IMG/VR virus record: IMGVR_UViG_3300045988_180980
Strand: one strand, 5' to 3'
Length of the DNA stretch: 64,000 nucleotides
From: a virus
Positions 63,165 through 64,000 of the stretch are shown piece after piece. Position numbers and translations under genes: made by a program. How positions within the stretch are numbered: the stretch's first letter is position 1; each line of letters opens with the position of its first letter. The notes beneath the pieces were generated by a model, which was not told the DNA's origin, did not search any database, and was given only the letters and a program-made list of their open reading frames with translations.

Positions 63165-63527
63165 TTACGGCTCGGGAAGCAGCACCACACCCACGCGCAC
63201 CCTCGCCCCGCAGTGAGGGCAGAAGGCGGTGGTGACTACAGCAGGTTGCGCAGTGTCGTCTTGCGTATTGACTTCTTCCTCTGTCCTTTCCTCTTGGAAC
63301 ATGTTTTCTTTGTTCTCAGGTGCTTCTGCCTCGTCTATCGGGAAGAACAGGTCGGTAATGTCACAATTCAACTTCTCGCAAAGCTCTTCCAACTTCTTGA
63401 GAGAAGGATTTCCTTGTATGTAATTCTGGATGATGTTCTGTGACTTTAACCCGGATTCCCGACAAAAAGATGTAATTGTATAACCGCGCTCTTTGATGGC
63501 GCGACGGATGTCGATTTTGGTTCTCAT
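63165..63527 (-). CDS. XRE-family HTH regulator (candidate phage repressor) with C-terminal CxxC element
   Basis: HTH segment IKERGYTITSFCRESGLKSQNIIQNYIQGNPSLKKLEELCEKLNCDITDLF. The C-terminus is FCPHCGARVRVG. A minus-strand TAACTTTG box lies at 63553..63560. Confidence 0.75.
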   Translation of the reverse strand: MRTKIDIRRAIKERGYTITSFCRESGLKSQNIIQNYIQGNPSLKKLEELCEKLNCDITDLFFPIDEAEAPENKENMFQEERTEEEVNTQDDTAQPAVVTTAFCPHCGARVRVGVVLLPEP

Positions 63528-63552
63528 ATATATTGATTTGATATTTTGACTG

Positions 63553-63560
63553 CAAAGTTA
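63553..63560 (-). promoter_or_regulatory. -7 box TAACTTTG (minus strand) for the XRE regulator
   Basis: The + strand reads CAAAGTTA. The box is 26 nt upstream of the ATG at 63527. Confidence 0.4.
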
Positions 63561-63939
63561 GCGTATGTATTTAATATAGTCAAGAAAACCGCAATAAATA
63601 TTGTATATTATTGTTTTGTGGAGTTTTTGGCGCTTTTTGCTCTATGTTTGTTTGGTTTTTGTATTTTCATGTGAATAAAAAGCATTTTGATGCGTATCAA
63701 TGTTGTGTCTTTTGTTTACGAATTAAATTAAACCCCGATAAACAGTTAATAATAAACACTTTAACTATCCACACACCCTGCAAACACCGCCCCAAAAGGG
63801 ACTCTTAAATAATTGATATTTAGAGAAATCCTATACATAAAAACAACCCTGAAACTTCGATTCGCACGATAGAGCCCCGCCGCACTGAGGAGCCTTGTGT
63901 GTGCCCTGCCTGGGCTGGTGGATGTATATATGCCAACGA

Positions 63940-64000
63940 CACCACCAGCACCAGCAGGAGCACCACCAGCACCACCAGCAGGAGCACCACCAGCACCACC
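63940..64000 (+). repeat. 21/24-nt tandem repeat CACCACCAGCACC(ACC)AGCAGGAG, cut by the window edge
   Basis: Copies at 63940 (21 nt), 63961 (24 nt) and 63985 (truncated). The repeat is in frame with the ATG at 63930, giving MPTTPPAPAGAPPAPPAGAPPAPP... Confidence 0.7.

Noticed and set aside
1-64000. Integrase, excisionase, att sites, rRNA, toxin-antitoxin pairs or known defence/anti-defence systems
   Set aside because: I looked for tyrosine- and serine-recombinase-sized ORFs with R..H..R..Y or S-R motifs, for rRNA-like conserved strings, and for small paired ORFs. None could be supported from sequence alone. A proper HMM search is needed before their absence can be asserted.

Overview
This 64-kb window reads as one contiguous tailed dsDNA phage or prophage segment. 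Nearly all credible genes are on the + strand. Most long minus-strand ORFs in the track are antisense artefacts of GC-rich coding sequence. The host is probably a Bacteroidota bacterium (inference). The support is TAnnTTTG -7 promoter boxes 20-50 nt upstream of operon-initial ATGs, an HU-HIG-type histone-like protein, and Bacteroidetes-style lipoprotein signal peptides.

Modules from left to right:
- Replication accessory genes: a protein with an SSB-type tail and a DnaN sliding clamp.
- Small unknown genes and the large terminase.
- A short minus-strand module containing a NPPY DNA methyltransferase interrupted by a 12-nt homopolymer, followed by a repeat-dense intergenic region.
- A holin-family gene and a 1853-aa tape-measure protein.
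- An 850-bp non-coding, repeat-rich region, then a primase-like gene and an 11-bp tandem array.
- A split tRNA-like element.
- A gmk-thyX-mazG nucleotide-metabolism operon.
- The head module: S49 protease-scaffold fusion, major capsid protein and a candidate portal.
- A DPPY-family DNA methyltransferase and about 9 unknown genes.
- An HU-like gene preceded by four 23-bp-phased palindromes.
- A LysR regulator plus small membrane and Cys-rich proteins, bracketed by homologous terminator elements.
- Large baseplate and tail-fibre genes and an amidase endolysin.
- Two minus-strand lipoprotein genes and an XRE repressor.

The stand-out system is a complete diversity-generating retroelement (DGR) inside the tail-fibre module. 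It consists of a 2233-aa target protein whose last ~40 codons form the variable repeat (VR), an Avd-like gene, an AAC-rich template repeat (TR) and a reverse transcriptase. Three things about it are unusual:
- The TR lies in frame inside the only ATG-initiated RT ORF.
- The target protein is giant.
- The VR/TR pair carries non-adenine mismatches and a 3-nt indel.

No integrase, att site, rRNA, CRISPR array or complete tRNA could be supported.
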